Positions 9,237-18,792 of a stretch of 34,566 nt of DNA are shown here, one piece after another. The first letter of the stretch is position 1. The number at the start of each line of letters is the position of its first letter. This DNA is from a virus, in IMG/VR virus record IMGVR_UViG_3300019487_000022, positions 89,241-123,806 of that record. One strand, given 5' to 3'. Under the pieces are notes generated by a model. That model was not told the DNA's origin, searched no databases, and worked only from the letters and a program-made list of their open reading frames with translations. Both the position numbers and the translations under genes were made by a program.

Positions 9237-9263
9237 AAGAGTATTTTATCCTTACTATTATCA

Positions 9264-10958
9264 CTATTTCATTTTAAATGTATAAAGACTGTTATTTTTT
9301 GTTATAACAGCCTCATCTCCATATCTGTGAATTTTCATCTTCCCATTAACAGCATTGTCACTCACAACTGTTAATCGTGTATCATCTTTTGTGTTTTTGA
9401 ACACATTTACATCGTCTTTTTCATCAATATGAATGCATATTCCATTTTTAAGCACTGTAAAATTCAATCCAGAATATACAATATCCTCATCGATACGCAT
9501 ATCATATGTATCATGAGACGAATTAAATCTTAATACAAAACGATCATATCTACCCTGTTTAGTTACTCCTATCATCATTAAAACAGAACTTTCATATTTT
9601 GCGTCAATTATCTTATGTTTTGCAATTTCAGGTATAGTTATGCGTTTATGCATTCGCTCGGATGGAAATACAGAAACAAACTTCATATCAATCAAGTTCT
9701 GTATTGCTATTCCGTCAAAAAGTGTAGTTGCTTTTTCAGAAACGTTAGCAATTGGCTGATTGATAATTTTTATCGTATTAGGTAGTTCTATGTAACGTAT
9801 TTCATTAATCCAAGTTCCATTTTTAATGTATACCCTTCCTTGACAAACCATCATATCTGAAGCAGATACCGAACCTATTTCTTTATTGGCAATAAAATCT
9901 GTGAATTTTGCTAATCCATTTTCTAAATATGCAACAATAGGTTTATTTAATTGAGGCGTAAATATAACTTCAGAATTAGATGATATAGCAACTGGAGAGT
10001 TGTTATTGAATTTGCCGGACTTTTTATCTGTGACGAATCTATGTCCAAAACTGAAAATGATATTTGTAAGTTCTCCCATTCCAGAAAATTCTTCAATTTT
10101 CTTGACAATAAATTTATTACTACCAATGAATTGATTAACTCTAGGTACATAAATAACAGTATCTATTTTGTTACTTTGTGGAGGAAGCAATCTTTTTCCC
10201 TCTTCAAAAATTGCAAAATACCATTTACGATATTCATCCGGTATCACATCTACGGGATCACATGCTGCTGGTACTAAAACATCTTTGTTAAATACCGATA
10301 TATTATGAGCCATTCGCTCTTCAAATCCTTTATACTTATCATGTCTCCCCTTAAATGGATGAATACCTGTAAAAAGTTGAAATGTAATTATTCCCCAAGA
10401 ATACCAATCAGAAAGAACTGTAAACTTGTTATCTTTTATCAAAGGATCTTTTATATTTGGCATAATAGCCGTAGCAGGATGTTTTTTGGTTTGATAAGTA
10501 TTTGTATCTATAAAATAAACCTCTTTTAAATCTTTTCTAACGAGAAAGTTCAACTCATTACAATCAACAACCAATATCTCTTTTTTATGAAGATGTTCTA
10601 TCCCCTCTTGCAATCTCTTTACAAGGAAAAGAATCTGATCTTGATTGACATTGTTTTTATTTTTAAATGCACGAGTAAATAACTGACATAAAACGTATGT
10701 ATTAGTTACATACTTCATACTATAGCCAATGGGACGGTTTTTCTTATCTAAAATAATATCTTCTGGTTTAATTATATTAGGAAGAGTAATAGCAGATAAT
10801 TCTTGTATTTTCTCATATGGTATCATCTTTGACGGATCTGAATAAATCTTAAAAACAGTATCTCCGTGAGCAAATATTTTCCCTTCTCCACCTTCAGCTA
10901 GAAAATCTGAAGGATCAAGCTTTAGTTTCCCTTTGCCTTGTATTGTGAAGTCAAGCAT
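9264..10958 (-). CDS. Ser/Thr protein kinase (YegI/TerY-P-triad-like) with C-terminal beta-rich domain
   Basis: Gly-rich loop LAEGGEGKIF, catalytic D-x4-N (VVDCNELN), IDTN, SDWYSWGII, GIHPF. Confidence 0.85.
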   Translation of the reverse strand: MLDFTIQGKGKLKLDPSDFLAEGGEGKIFAHGDTVFKIYSDPSKMIPYEKIQELSAITLPNIIKPEDIILDKKNRPIGYSMKYVTNTYVLCQLFTRAFKNKNNVNQDQILFLVKRLQEGIEHLHKKEILVVDCNELNFLVRKDLKEVYFIDTNTYQTKKHPATAIMPNIKDPLIKDNKFTVLSDWYSWGIITFQLFTGIHPFKGRHDKYKGFEERMAHNISVFNKDVLVPAACDPVDVIPDEYRKWYFAIFEEGKRLLPPQSNKIDTVIYVPRVNQFIGSNKFIVKKIEEFSGMGELTNIIFSFGHRFVTDKKSGKFNNNSPVAISSNSEVIFTPQLNKPIVAYLENGLAKFTDFIANKEIGSVSASDMMVCQGRVYIKNGTWINEIRYIELPNTIKIINQPIANVSEKATTLFDGIAIQNLIDMKFVSVFPSERMHKRITIPEIAKHKIIDAKYESSVLMMIGVTKQGRYDRFVLRFNSSHDTYDMRIDEDIVYSGLNFTVLKNGICIHIDEKDDVNVFKNTKDDTRLTVVSDNAVNGKMKIHRYGDEAVITKNNSLYTFKMK

Positions 10959-10959
10959 T

Positions 10960-11844
10960 TTAACTCACGTTTAAGACAGCAACTGAAACATCATCAAAAT
11001 TTTGCCAATCTAATTTTACTATTTCTTTTTGAAACCAATTAACTTGTCGTTGTACAAAAGATCCGTTTGTATTACGAAAATCCAGAAGAACTTTTAATAC
11101 TTCTTCTAACGGAATAGAGTCAGGGTTTTCACCCTTTCTGGTAAATGAATTTACACCATCGGATAAAAGCGCTACCCACTCAACATCCTCTTCTACAGCA
11201 AAACAATAACACCCATGTTCTGTATGAAAACCTCTAAATGTTGGCTTTGTCCAATTCTTCATATTGACTCTTTGATATTCTTTCCATTCAGAATCATAAC
11301 TAATTTCGGTTTGAATAATGCTTTCTTCTGGACCTCCTGCGGCATTTAATATACTTTTCCATTGTTCCATTCTTTCTGCATCATGTAAATAATTGAGATA
11401 TGCCGGATAGCCAGATATATACTCCATAGTATAAACTAAATATGTTTTATTCTTCAATTTGAAAACAATTATTCCATCTCCAAATAAAGAAGCATAAATC
11501 ATATCTAAAGGGGCTATTTCTTGACCGAATAATGATGTTTCAGCAAACATTTTACCGGCATACCCCAATGTCGCATCCAAACATGAATAATCTAAATTCA
11601 AAGATTTACAGATATTTCTTGCTTCCGATATAGCCAACCTATCTATCTTTTGAAGATCAATATCTGGATAATAATTGACCATTTTATTTGCTGATAAAGA
11701 TAGAATTCTTGCACCAACATCTGTCATTGGAGATCCTGAACAGCCATCTGAAATGATAATCCGGTTATAAGCTTTATTTACAAATGCAAAATCTTGACAC
11801 ACATGGTGTCCTTTACCTTGAAAAAAAGAACAATCCACGTTCAT
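10960..11844 (-). CDS. PP2C-like protein phosphatase (YegK-like)
   Basis: H-x-x-CQD, SDGCSG, ATL, GDG, SDG and terminal DD motifs; start moved to MNVDCS (GGAG RBS). Confidence 0.85.
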   Translation of the reverse strand: MNVDCSFFQGKGHHVCQDFAFVNKAYNRIIISDGCSGSPMTDVGARILSLSANKMVNYYPDIDLQKIDRLAISEARNICKSLNLDYSCLDATLGYAGKMFAETSLFGQEIAPLDMIYASLFGDGIIVFKLKNKTYLVYTMEYISGYPAYLNYLHDAERMEQWKSILNAAGGPEESIIQTEISYDSEWKEYQRVNMKNWTKPTFRGFHTEHGCYCFAVEEDVEWVALLSDGVNSFTRKGENPDSIPLEEVLKVLLDFRNTNGSFVQRQVNWFQKEIVKLDWQNFDDVSVAVLNVS

Positions 11845-11863
11845 AATATCTCCAAATAAAAAT

Positions 11864-11906
11864 ACCTGGTAATCTGAAGGCACAAATATATTCCAGATTA
11901 CCAGGT
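11864..11906 (-). terminator. intergenic 13-bp hairpin followed by an A/U tract
   Basis: ACCTGGTAATCTG/CAGATTACCAGGT, then ATTTTTATTT on the minus strand. Confidence 0.55.
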
Positions 11907-11934
11907 TCAAGATGTCTTAAACTATAGCGTAGAA

Positions 11935-12690
11935 TCAGAACTTCAATGGTACAGATGCAGAACCTGTACCGAGAGCCTGGCTTTGTGCAGAAATACTCTT
12001 AGAAACAAAGTTGGCTAGCTTCTTTAAAGTATTTGTATCTGCGTTTTTCTGTTCTACGTACTGTGTAAGCCCACCTTCTTTATAAAAATCAGCAAGCCTT
12101 TGTGATGTATTCTGATCTTCAATACCAACGCCAATTAAAATTGAAATAATTGACTCTAAAGATTCATCTTTGATAGTTTGCGCCAATACGGCTTTAACAT
12201 CTGATGCATTGCAAGATGAGACATTATCACAACCGTCTGTAATAACAACAACAATTCCATTTACCTGAAACCTTTGATTAGCTAATTTTGTAGCATAATC
12301 ATGTGTTGCCATAATTGCGTTCTTTGTAGCATCAAATAAAGCAGTTGAACCACCCACCTGAAGACAATCATTATAATCGTCAACTTTGCAATTATCCAAA
12401 GGTTTAAAACCATGTGTTTGAGAAACAGAACTTGAAAATTGGAGGAAACGAAATAGTAGATTGTCTTTTCTGGGACTAAATTGACAGGCTTCAACTATCT
12501 TTTGAATCGTTTCTTCCATTTGAACTTTATATGGTTGCACAGAGCTTGAAACATCGTTTACCAATGTAACAAGTGTAAATTCTGTTGCAATTTCATCCAA
12601 ATCAGCAACCTTTGCAGCAGAATACGTAAAATTCGCTTTAACAATCTTATGATCTTCAAGCGAATTACTGATAGTAGCGGATTTAGACAT
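11935..12690 (-). CDS. vWA domain protein (TerY-like)
   Basis: DVSSSV (DxSxS), TALFDA, ITDGCDN; start moved to MSKSAT (AGAGG RBS). Confidence 0.85.
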   Translation of the reverse strand: MSKSATISNSLEDHKIVKANFTYSAAKVADLDEIATEFTLVTLVNDVSSSVQPYKVQMEETIQKIVEACQFSPRKDNLLFRFLQFSSSVSQTHGFKPLDNCKVDDYNDCLQVGGSTALFDATKNAIMATHDYATKLANQRFQVNGIVVVITDGCDNVSSCNASDVKAVLAQTIKDESLESIISILIGVGIEDQNTSQRLADFYKEGGLTQYVEQKNADTNTLKKLANFVSKSISAQSQALGTGSASVPLKF

Positions 12691-12868
12691 CTGATTTCCT
12701 CTTTCTGTTCTTGGATTCAGTATATTGTTCCTGGCACAATTCACAGAACCAAATACTGTTTTTCTTTTTAATCTTGCCTAAACAAACGCGAAAATTATGT
12801 CCCGTCGATATCATTTCTCGACAAATTTTATCTAAAGGCAGATTTTTTAATTTTAATCTTTTTTGCTA

Positions 12869-13678
12869 TTAAAGCATGTAATCTGTTGTAGTAGTGATTC
12901 TCATTCCTCTTGCACTCAAATCTTTGACAAATTTTTCACCCAAAGATTCAAAACCACCTACATTGCTAGATGCATCTTTAAGCAAGATAAGATTCTTTAC
13001 AAGCTCATCATTTTTAAATTCATCCGCAACATCTCGAAAAGTGTTAGCAACACAGTGGCTTAAAGCTTCACCTGAAATAAGAATTTCATCTGCTTTGATT
13101 AAACTTTCAATGAATTCTCCGTCCAATTGAGTATAAGGATCATTTGGATCCTCAACTTCTGCTTTAATAGCACTATAATGTTCGCAATAGGGATTACTTC
13201 CTTTTGTCTTTGTCTGAATGACCTGGAAGTTATCTCTTGCCCATGCTCTTAATTCCTCATGCAATGGAGGATAAATCGCTTGCCCAGCACTTCCAATAAT
13301 GCAATGTGGAGGCCAGATACATAAAGCATATTTGCCTTTTGCCGCTAAATCACGAACATAATTTAATGCAATATTGCAAATGCTTTTTGAAGGCATTGCA
13401 GGCGTCCATTTGCCTTTTTCTACATCTTCTGGATTAATGATTGTAAATGGAGGTGGGTTTTTGCCGTTAGCATCAACCCAAAAACAAGGATGAGCAATAT
13501 GTAGATCGTGGTGACTATCGAGAGTAACGCGAATATTTTGTAATTTACGACCAAATTTCTTAACGAACTTAGCTAAACGATTCATATCTTCGTTTGCCCC
13601 TGCAACATATAGACTCCCTTTTGGATCGCAAAAGTCTATTTGAGGGTCAATAATGCACAGTTCGATACGTTTGGGCAT
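12869..13678 (-). CDS. nicotinamidase/isochorismatase-family cysteine hydrolase
   Basis: IDPQIDF, DSH, WPPHC, KG-x-N, GEALSHCV (catalytic Cys); start moved to MPKRIE (AAAGGA RBS). Confidence 0.85.
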   Translation of the reverse strand: MPKRIELCIIDPQIDFCDPKGSLYVAGANEDMNRLAKFVKKFGRKLQNIRVTLDSHHDLHIAHPCFWVDANGKNPPPFTIINPEDVEKGKWTPAMPSKSICNIALNYVRDLAAKGKYALCIWPPHCIIGSAGQAIYPPLHEELRAWARDNFQVIQTKTKGSNPYCEHYSAIKAEVEDPNDPYTQLDGEFIESLIKADEILISGEALSHCVANTFRDVADEFKNDELVKNLILLKDASSNVGGFESLGEKFVKDLSARGMRITTTTDYML

Positions 13679-13767
13679 TGGATAATCCTTTCTATACGTG
13701 TAATACGATGGGGTTTGACACAACCGGAGATAATTACAAAATACTTTAAAAGGTTAAAAAATTAAGA

Positions 13768-14124
13768 TTATACGCTTTCTGGAATGAAATAACCGTTCTC
13801 TTCTCCCCATTTTAGCCAAATTTTGCGTAATTCTCTTATATTGCCGTGTATTTCAGGTATAGATATGTTTGCAGCAGTAATCCATTCTAATGCTGTGAAC
13901 CAATGCCCACTTTCTCGTTTCACTTCTCTTAACAGCAAAGGTACAGCATCCCATCCCATTGCTACGATTTGACCATATGCATCATTTACAAGAATTCCAG
14001 AATTGGAATTCCGTATCTTTTTCCACTCTACCACAAGAGTGTAAAATTTTGATTCCATATCCTTAAAGGTTACTCGTTTTCCTTGGATAATTGCCGCTTG
14101 TGTCTGCTTTAAAGACGTATTCAT
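13768..14124 (-). CDS. conserved hypothetical protein (AY-x-QI-x-x-MG...HWF-x-AL...W-x-x-WG)
   Basis: ORF track; Trp-rich conserved-looking motifs. Confidence 0.7.
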   Translation of the reverse strand: MNTSLKQTQAAIIQGKRVTFKDMESKFYTLVVEWKKIRNSNSGILVNDAYGQIVAMGWDAVPLLLREVKRESGHWFTALEWITAANISIPEIHGNIRELRKIWLKWGEENGYFIPESV

Positions 14125-14161
14125 ATCTAGTATCCTTCATTGTCTATACTAGATATGAATA
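14118..14161 (-). promoter_or_regulatory. 16-bp perfect hairpin covering the start codon of 13768-14124
   Basis: TATTCATATCTAGTAT/ATACTAGATATGAATA with GAAGG in the 12-nt loop. Confidence 0.55.
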
Positions 14162-14173
14162 TTTACCTGGAGA

Positions 14174-14545
14174 TTATCTTGTAGACAATAAAATTAATAA
14201 ATTGACAATATCTGTTTCCAGCTGACTCCATTTAGCTGCGTAATTTTCTCGTGTCACAAGGAAATCCATAATTTTAACATCTACACAGTCCAAATTATCA
14301 GTACTCAATAATTTAATTTTATTGCTGAGATGCAAAAGTATTTTCATATCCCGATCCATCTCTTCGATACGGCTAATACAATTGCAGATTGTTTGAGACA
14401 TACTAATAGATAATTTTACATCGTTTTTGATATCTTCAAATTCTTGTAAGATTTTTTCATGATGTTTAAATGATTCTTGAAAATTCTTACGCCAGCTATC
14501 TATAAGATAAAATGCATGTTCTCTATCTGTCTTTGAAAGGGACAT
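14174..14545 (-). CDS. hypothetical protein
   Basis: ORF track, operon spacing. Confidence 0.65.
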   Translation of the reverse strand: MSLSKTDREHAFYLIDSWRKNFQESFKHHEKILQEFEDIKNDVKLSISMSQTICNCISRIEEMDRDMKILLHLSNKIKLLSTDNLDCVDVKIMDFLVTRENYAAKWSQLETDIVNLLILLSTR

Positions 14546-14548
14546 ATA

Positions 14549-14911
14549 TTATTCCTTTACTAAAAACTTTTCACAAGCCTTTGCTATATTATCCACCCAT
14601 TTATCTTGAAATTTGCTCTGTGCTATTGGCAAATGGGTTTTAACTAATTTCCTACCTGTTTCAGATGTCCAAAAATGTATTATATTTTGCAGATCCTCTT
14701 CTGAAAATACATCATTATACACTTGTTTAACTTGGTTTAAATATGTTTGTCCACCATATTCTTTATAAACCTCATACAGTTGTTCAGATGTTAATTCCGG
14801 GTACTTACGTCGTAAAAATGTAAAACTTAGTTGGATCCACTTACCAAAGTCTTCCTCTAAGTTTCCAACTTTAAACAACTGATCTATCAACTGTGATTTT
14901 TTGTTATTCAT
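14549..14911 (-). CDS. DUF2059-like protein
   Basis: Y-x3-FSEEDL-x2-I-x2-F-x2-S-x2-GRK motif. Confidence 0.7.
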   Translation of the reverse strand: MNNKKSQLIDQLFKVGNLEEDFGKWIQLSFTFLRRKYPELTSEQLYEVYKEYGGQTYLNQVKQVYNDVFSEEDLQNIIHFWTSETGRKLVKTHLPIAQSKFQDKWVDNIAKACEKFLVKE

Positions 14912-15366
14912 GGCAACAGTATTCCACCATCAGACTTCTTTCCTAATTTGTTTTTCATTTCTGCTGCTTTATCAAGTCTTTGCAATGTATCACCAGAAGC
15001 AATCGCTAATGCATTTTTACGTTTATTTTGTTCTTCTTGTAGATTTTCTACCTCCGCTTTTAAGAAAATATCAAAGTTCTTAAAAGCTTCTGCGTAGGAT
15101 GTAATTGATTCGTCAAATCTGAACTCGATAGGTTGAGGAAACACGCCTTCTCTAGTTTGAATATATACTTGACCTATTCCAATACAAACTACAGGAGGCA
15201 TATTTGAAAGATCAAATATCTCTTCTCCTAAATCAGATATCGCCTTATCAGAAACATCCTCTTCGTAATGCCCCACAAGTGTTAATACTTTCACTTGTTT
15301 TGAAGCAATTGGATTTGCAGATTCATAAGAATCTGTTTTGTAGATAGGAATCTTTTTTAGCATCAA
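14908..15366 (-). CDS. hypothetical protein
   Basis: ORF with AAGGAG RBS; ATGA overlap with the next gene. Confidence 0.7.
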   Translation of the reverse strand: MMLKKIPIYKTDSYESANPIASKQVKVLTLVGHYEEDVSDKAISDLGEEIFDLSNMPPVVCIGIGQVYIQTREGVFPQPIEFRFDESITSYAEAFKNFDIFLKAEVENLQEEQNKRKNALAIASGDTLQRLDKAAEMKNKLGKKSDGGILLP

Positions 15367-15440
15367 TTCTCCTTAATAATGCGCTCTATTGTAGGAGAAT
15401 CGCTTACCACTTTCTGAAAGAAAATGGTCATTTTTATCAC

Positions 15441-15767
15441 TTATATAACGGTATTTAGCGGGGTAACAGCTTCGTGATTTTCATCAGATGTGATTTGTAT
15501 TTCTGGAGTACCCTGTAATTTGAGTTTGACGTATTGCTGATGTGAAACAGGGGTTAAATCAGAATATTTAAATCCAATTGTTTCTTCTTGTGGATACACG
15601 ATGATACGTAATTCTTTTTGACAGCTAGGACATTTTCCTATTGCATCTGAGTGTTCGCCCTGTTTTTCCCACCAAAAATCCAATAAAACAGATTCTGTAC
15701 AATTAGGACAAACATTATATCCATAAGGATATGCTATTTTTCTTAAATTACGTGCAAACCAGTTCAT
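15441..15767 (-). CDS. zinc-ribbon protein with MNWF N-terminus
   Basis: CPNC...CPSC. Confidence 0.65.
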   Translation of the reverse strand: MNWFARNLRKIAYPYGYNVCPNCTESVLLDFWWEKQGEHSDAIGKCPSCQKELRIIVYPQEETIGFKYSDLTPVSHQQYVKLKLQGTPEIQITSDENHEAVTPLNTVI

Positions 15768-15784
15768 ATAAATATTTTAACTGG

Positions 15785-16093
15785 TTATGTAGGGTTTTCC
15801 TTTTCTATTTTACAATCTTTATAGGATTTGAGCAGTTGAACATTTTCTTCTGCATATTTTGGAGATCCTACTATAGCACTATTAAAATACTCAATAACTT
15901 CGTCTATTGTATTTTTAGCAAAAAAATCGAATTCTGCCCCTTTTGCTTCTGCTTTCTGAATGTCTTGTTTTAATAGCCTGAGTTGAAAGATGATATAACC
16001 AGCATTGTCTCCCCGTATAAATATACCGGGCCAATCATTTTCAAATTGCATAGGTCCAGATTCAGGACGAATAAAATCTTTTATTGTTTCCAT
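15785..16093 (-). CDS. hypothetical phage protein (DWPGIFIRGDNA motif)
   Basis: ORF track. Confidence 0.7.
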   Translation of the reverse strand: METIKDFIRPESGPMQFENDWPGIFIRGDNAGYIIFQLRLLKQDIQKAEAKGAEFDFFAKNTIDEVIEYFNSAIVGSPKYAEENVQLLKSYKDCKIEKENPT

Positions 16094-16164
16094 AATAAAT
16101 CATCTTATAACACATTTTTAGCACAATTTCAAGCTTTTTAATATTTTAAGACGAAATATTAAAT

Positions 16165-16734
16165 ATGAGAATAATAGGATTTCTGTATCTTCTATTGTTG
16201 TTAATTGTAGGCTGTACTGATAATAAACATATCAACTATAATTGTAATTATAGTAACGCAAAAGCTGCATTAAATCCAAAAGAAAAATCATTAGCTCTTG
16301 GTACTTTATCATCTTCTACTACAAAACCGTCTTCTTCTGACAAATACATCATATGTTTAAATAAAAATCTAGAATTTGCTAAAGAAATGGCATGGAGAGA
16401 TGCTAAAACGCGATTTACTAATCCAGTTGTAGTTTTAGCTCATGGGCGGGAATATCTAGGCAGTTGGTTTATTTTTCCAGATAAGGGAGATCCTTTTAGA
16501 GTAGATAGCTATGCTTGGATATTAAACGAAACATATATAGATTGTGATATTGTTTTATTTGTGTGCAATCCATCTGGATTAACGATATATGTACCACGAG
16601 TATGGTATTATAGAGGAAACGTTTGGGTAGTACCGGATACAGAACCTCCTGCAAAATATCGAGAGATGAAAAGAAATTTTATGGGTAATGGCTCTATTTG
16701 GGAAGCTATTACACAAAATACATGGGCTGAATAA
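16165..16734 (+). CDS. lipoprotein, possible His-Cys dyad peptidase fold
   Basis: Lipobox IVG-C; VVVLAHG and IVLFVCNP strands. Confidence 0.55.
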   Translation: MRIIGFLYLLLLLIVGCTDNKHINYNCNYSNAKAALNPKEKSLALGTLSSSTTKPSSSDKYIICLNKNLEFAKEMAWRDAKTRFTNPVVVLAHGREYLGSWFIFPDKGDPFRVDSYAWILNETYIDCDIVLFVCNPSGLTIYVPRVWYYRGNVWVVPDTEPPAKYREMKRNFMGNGSIWEAITQNTWAE

Positions 16735-16823
16735 GGAAGATAGTGGAGTCGAACCACAGGCACTAATCAGTGACACCATCCCGCTTCGAACGGGCGACCA
16801 TTACCACAATGGCTATATCTTCC
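16734..16823 (-). tRNA. tRNA-Ser(CGA), non-canonical 8/4 fold
   Basis: 8-bp acceptor GGAAGATA/TATCTTCC, 6-bp D-stem, loop TTCGAAG, long variable arm, 4-bp T-stem GTGG/CCAC, U discriminator. Confidence 0.8.
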
Positions 16824-17016
16824 GCTGAGAAAATTCTTCGTAATATCCAGCTAGCTCATCTTCAACAATTACTTTCATTTTGTGAAAACGATAACCATAT
16901 TGTTTTTGTTCTTTACAAACAGCTTTTACCTCCGATCTATTCTCTTTGCAAACTGGTTTTCCATCACATCCACAAATAAAGCGTTTTGCAGTTAAATCTA
17001 CTACATAATATTTCAT
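16813..17016 (-). CDS. hypothetical protein
   Basis: ORF track; its 3' end overlaps the tRNA 5' end by 11 nt. Confidence 0.55.
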   Translation of the reverse strand: MKYYVVDLTAKRFICGCDGKPVCKENRSEVKAVCKEQKQYGYRFHKMKVIVEDELAGYYEEFSQRKI

Positions 17017-17018
17017 TG

Positions 17019-17897
17019 CTAATCTTCTTCTTCATCTGTGATTCTAGGAAGTTCCCCTAATGAAAATTCTCTAATAAGATGTTCAAACGGTTCTTCTCCC
17101 TCTACATTCCACATTTTAATTAAAAAGTTATGTTCAGCAACTGTGAGAATCATGGCGGGATCTATTACACTATTAGGAATAGATATTTTTCTTGAATAAA
17201 TGGTTTTCGTTTGAGGTATCCACATTACCCTAATTCTGCCATCTTCTTCATTTTGCCATGTATCGTTGGCTTCCAATGAAAAGATATCTGCTAGTTTGGG
17301 TATCTTGTAACATTCTGACATAACTTCAAAATATCGCTGTTTTGCTAAAGCAAAACCTTTTAACAAATCGTCTGTTAATGTTCCAGGCATATCCGCATAA
17401 AAATAAATACATTCCCTGTAGCCATAAGGAATTCTTCCTAATTCAGCGCTAAATGCAGTATTTGAGAAATCAATGTTTGCAACTGCAAAAAGGTTACTAT
17501 CTAAATATCTAATTTTTCTATTGTTTTCTTTGATTATCTTTTTGGTAAATGGATATCTTTGATCAGAAATAATTTCAGTTTCTACATCATGTCTCCTTGT
17601 CCATTGATTTGCATTTATTGCAATTTTAAAATAGCGAGGGAAATCAAATAATTTGTTATCAAGTATTGGAAAATACCTGCTTAATTTTGCAGCTACGTAT
17701 TTTTTCCCAAGTGCTAACAAAACCTTTGATTTGCGTTGCCGTAAAATCTCATATCGTCTCCCTGCCCTATCGTATTTAATATTTTCTGCTCTTTCTATTG
17801 CCTCAAACAAACTATCTTCATTTTTTAATTTAGAAGTATGCTTGTAAATAATCTGAGGAAATTTTTCAATTGATTCATCAATAGTCATTACAGACAT
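17019..17897 (-). CDS. hypothetical protein
   Basis: 292-aa ORF with AAGGAG RBS. Confidence 0.75.
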   Translation of the reverse strand: MSVMTIDESIEKFPQIIYKHTSKLKNEDSLFEAIERAENIKYDRAGRRYEILRQRKSKVLLALGKKYVAAKLSRYFPILDNKLFDFPRYFKIAINANQWTRRHDVETEIISDQRYPFTKKIIKENNRKIRYLDSNLFAVANIDFSNTAFSAELGRIPYGYRECIYFYADMPGTLTDDLLKGFALAKQRYFEVMSECYKIPKLADIFSLEANDTWQNEEDGRIRVMWIPQTKTIYSRKISIPNSVIDPAMILTVAEHNFLIKMWNVEGEEPFEHLIREFSLGELPRITDEEED

Positions 17898-17935
17898 GAT
17901 TGCGTCTCCTTTATTTTGAATTTTGTCAAAATAAG

Positions 17936-18169
17936 TTAATCGTCATAAGGTTCCAGTTGAATATCCGCAGTATCTTCCTCTAATTGTTTTTGAAAATTAT
18001 CATATTGTTCTTGTGATGGTGGTTTACATGGAGGATTACATTGACAAGGAAAAACTGTATAATGACCACAGCGTTTATTTAAACGCATAGCTTTTAATAC
18101 AGCATTATACATGTCTTTATCGCCTTCTGCTGCTTTATACATAGCACAAGCTAATATTGGAAAACTCAT
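17936..18169 (-). CDS. hypothetical protein (Cys-rich)
   Basis: ORF track, overlapping stop/start. Confidence 0.6.
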   Translation of the reverse strand: MSFPILACAMYKAAEGDKDMYNAVLKAMRLNKRCGHYTVFPCQCNPPCKPPSQEQYDNFQKQLEEDTADIQLEPYDD

Positions 18170-18561
18170 TCTTGATTCTCTTTCTCTTCCCTTTTCTTTT
18201 GAAGTTTCATTTTTTGTTCAAATGTTAGTTGTTCTTCTGCTTCAGGACTAGGCTCAAAACCATTAGCAATAAATAAATCTTCTATTGTGTCTGCATCTTC
18301 ATAATCTTCATCGGTTATAACCATCCACTCGCTGCCGCAACTAGTGTCAAAAACATCCTCTATGATTTGTTTTTCTACTACATTACCCAGATTATCGTGA
18401 ATATGCACATAACCCATAGTTATATCATTAGCACATACTTGGCAAATAAAGCCAGTAATGTAGTGTATTGCTTCTTTTCTGGATTCAAAACCACTGTGAT
18501 TATGATTCCCATTTACAAGATGAACAGCAGTAAATCCCATTGTATTTTTCCTATGTATCAT
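18166..18561 (-). CDS. hypothetical protein
   Basis: ORF track, operon overlap. Confidence 0.65.
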   Translation of the reverse strand: MIHRKNTMGFTAVHLVNGNHNHSGFESRKEAIHYITGFICQVCANDITMGYVHIHDNLGNVVEKQIIEDVFDTSCGSEWMVITDEDYEDADTIEDLFIANGFEPSPEAEEQLTFEQKMKLQKKREEKENQE

Positions 18562-18790
18562 TGAGATTTGATTCCCAACGATTTAATTCTGATTGCTCAT
18601 AACAGAAAAAACCATGATTCAAACTATAAATAATTACCCAACCATCTTTTTCTTCTATAAAAGCATTACTTATGAAAAAGAAGGTTTTATCTTTATGACT
18701 AATGACAGCATAATTTTTAAATCTATCATCTGTTGACTTTAGCGTTTCAGCAATAGTATCTGCATACTGCTCTATTTCGTCCAGATTCAT
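18551..18790 (-). CDS. hypothetical protein
   Basis: ORF track. Confidence 0.6.
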   Translation of the reverse strand: MNLDEIEQYADTIAETLKSTDDRFKNYAVISHKDKTFFFISNAFIEEKDGWVIIYSLNHGFFCYEQSELNRWESNLNDT

Positions 18791-18792
18791 AT

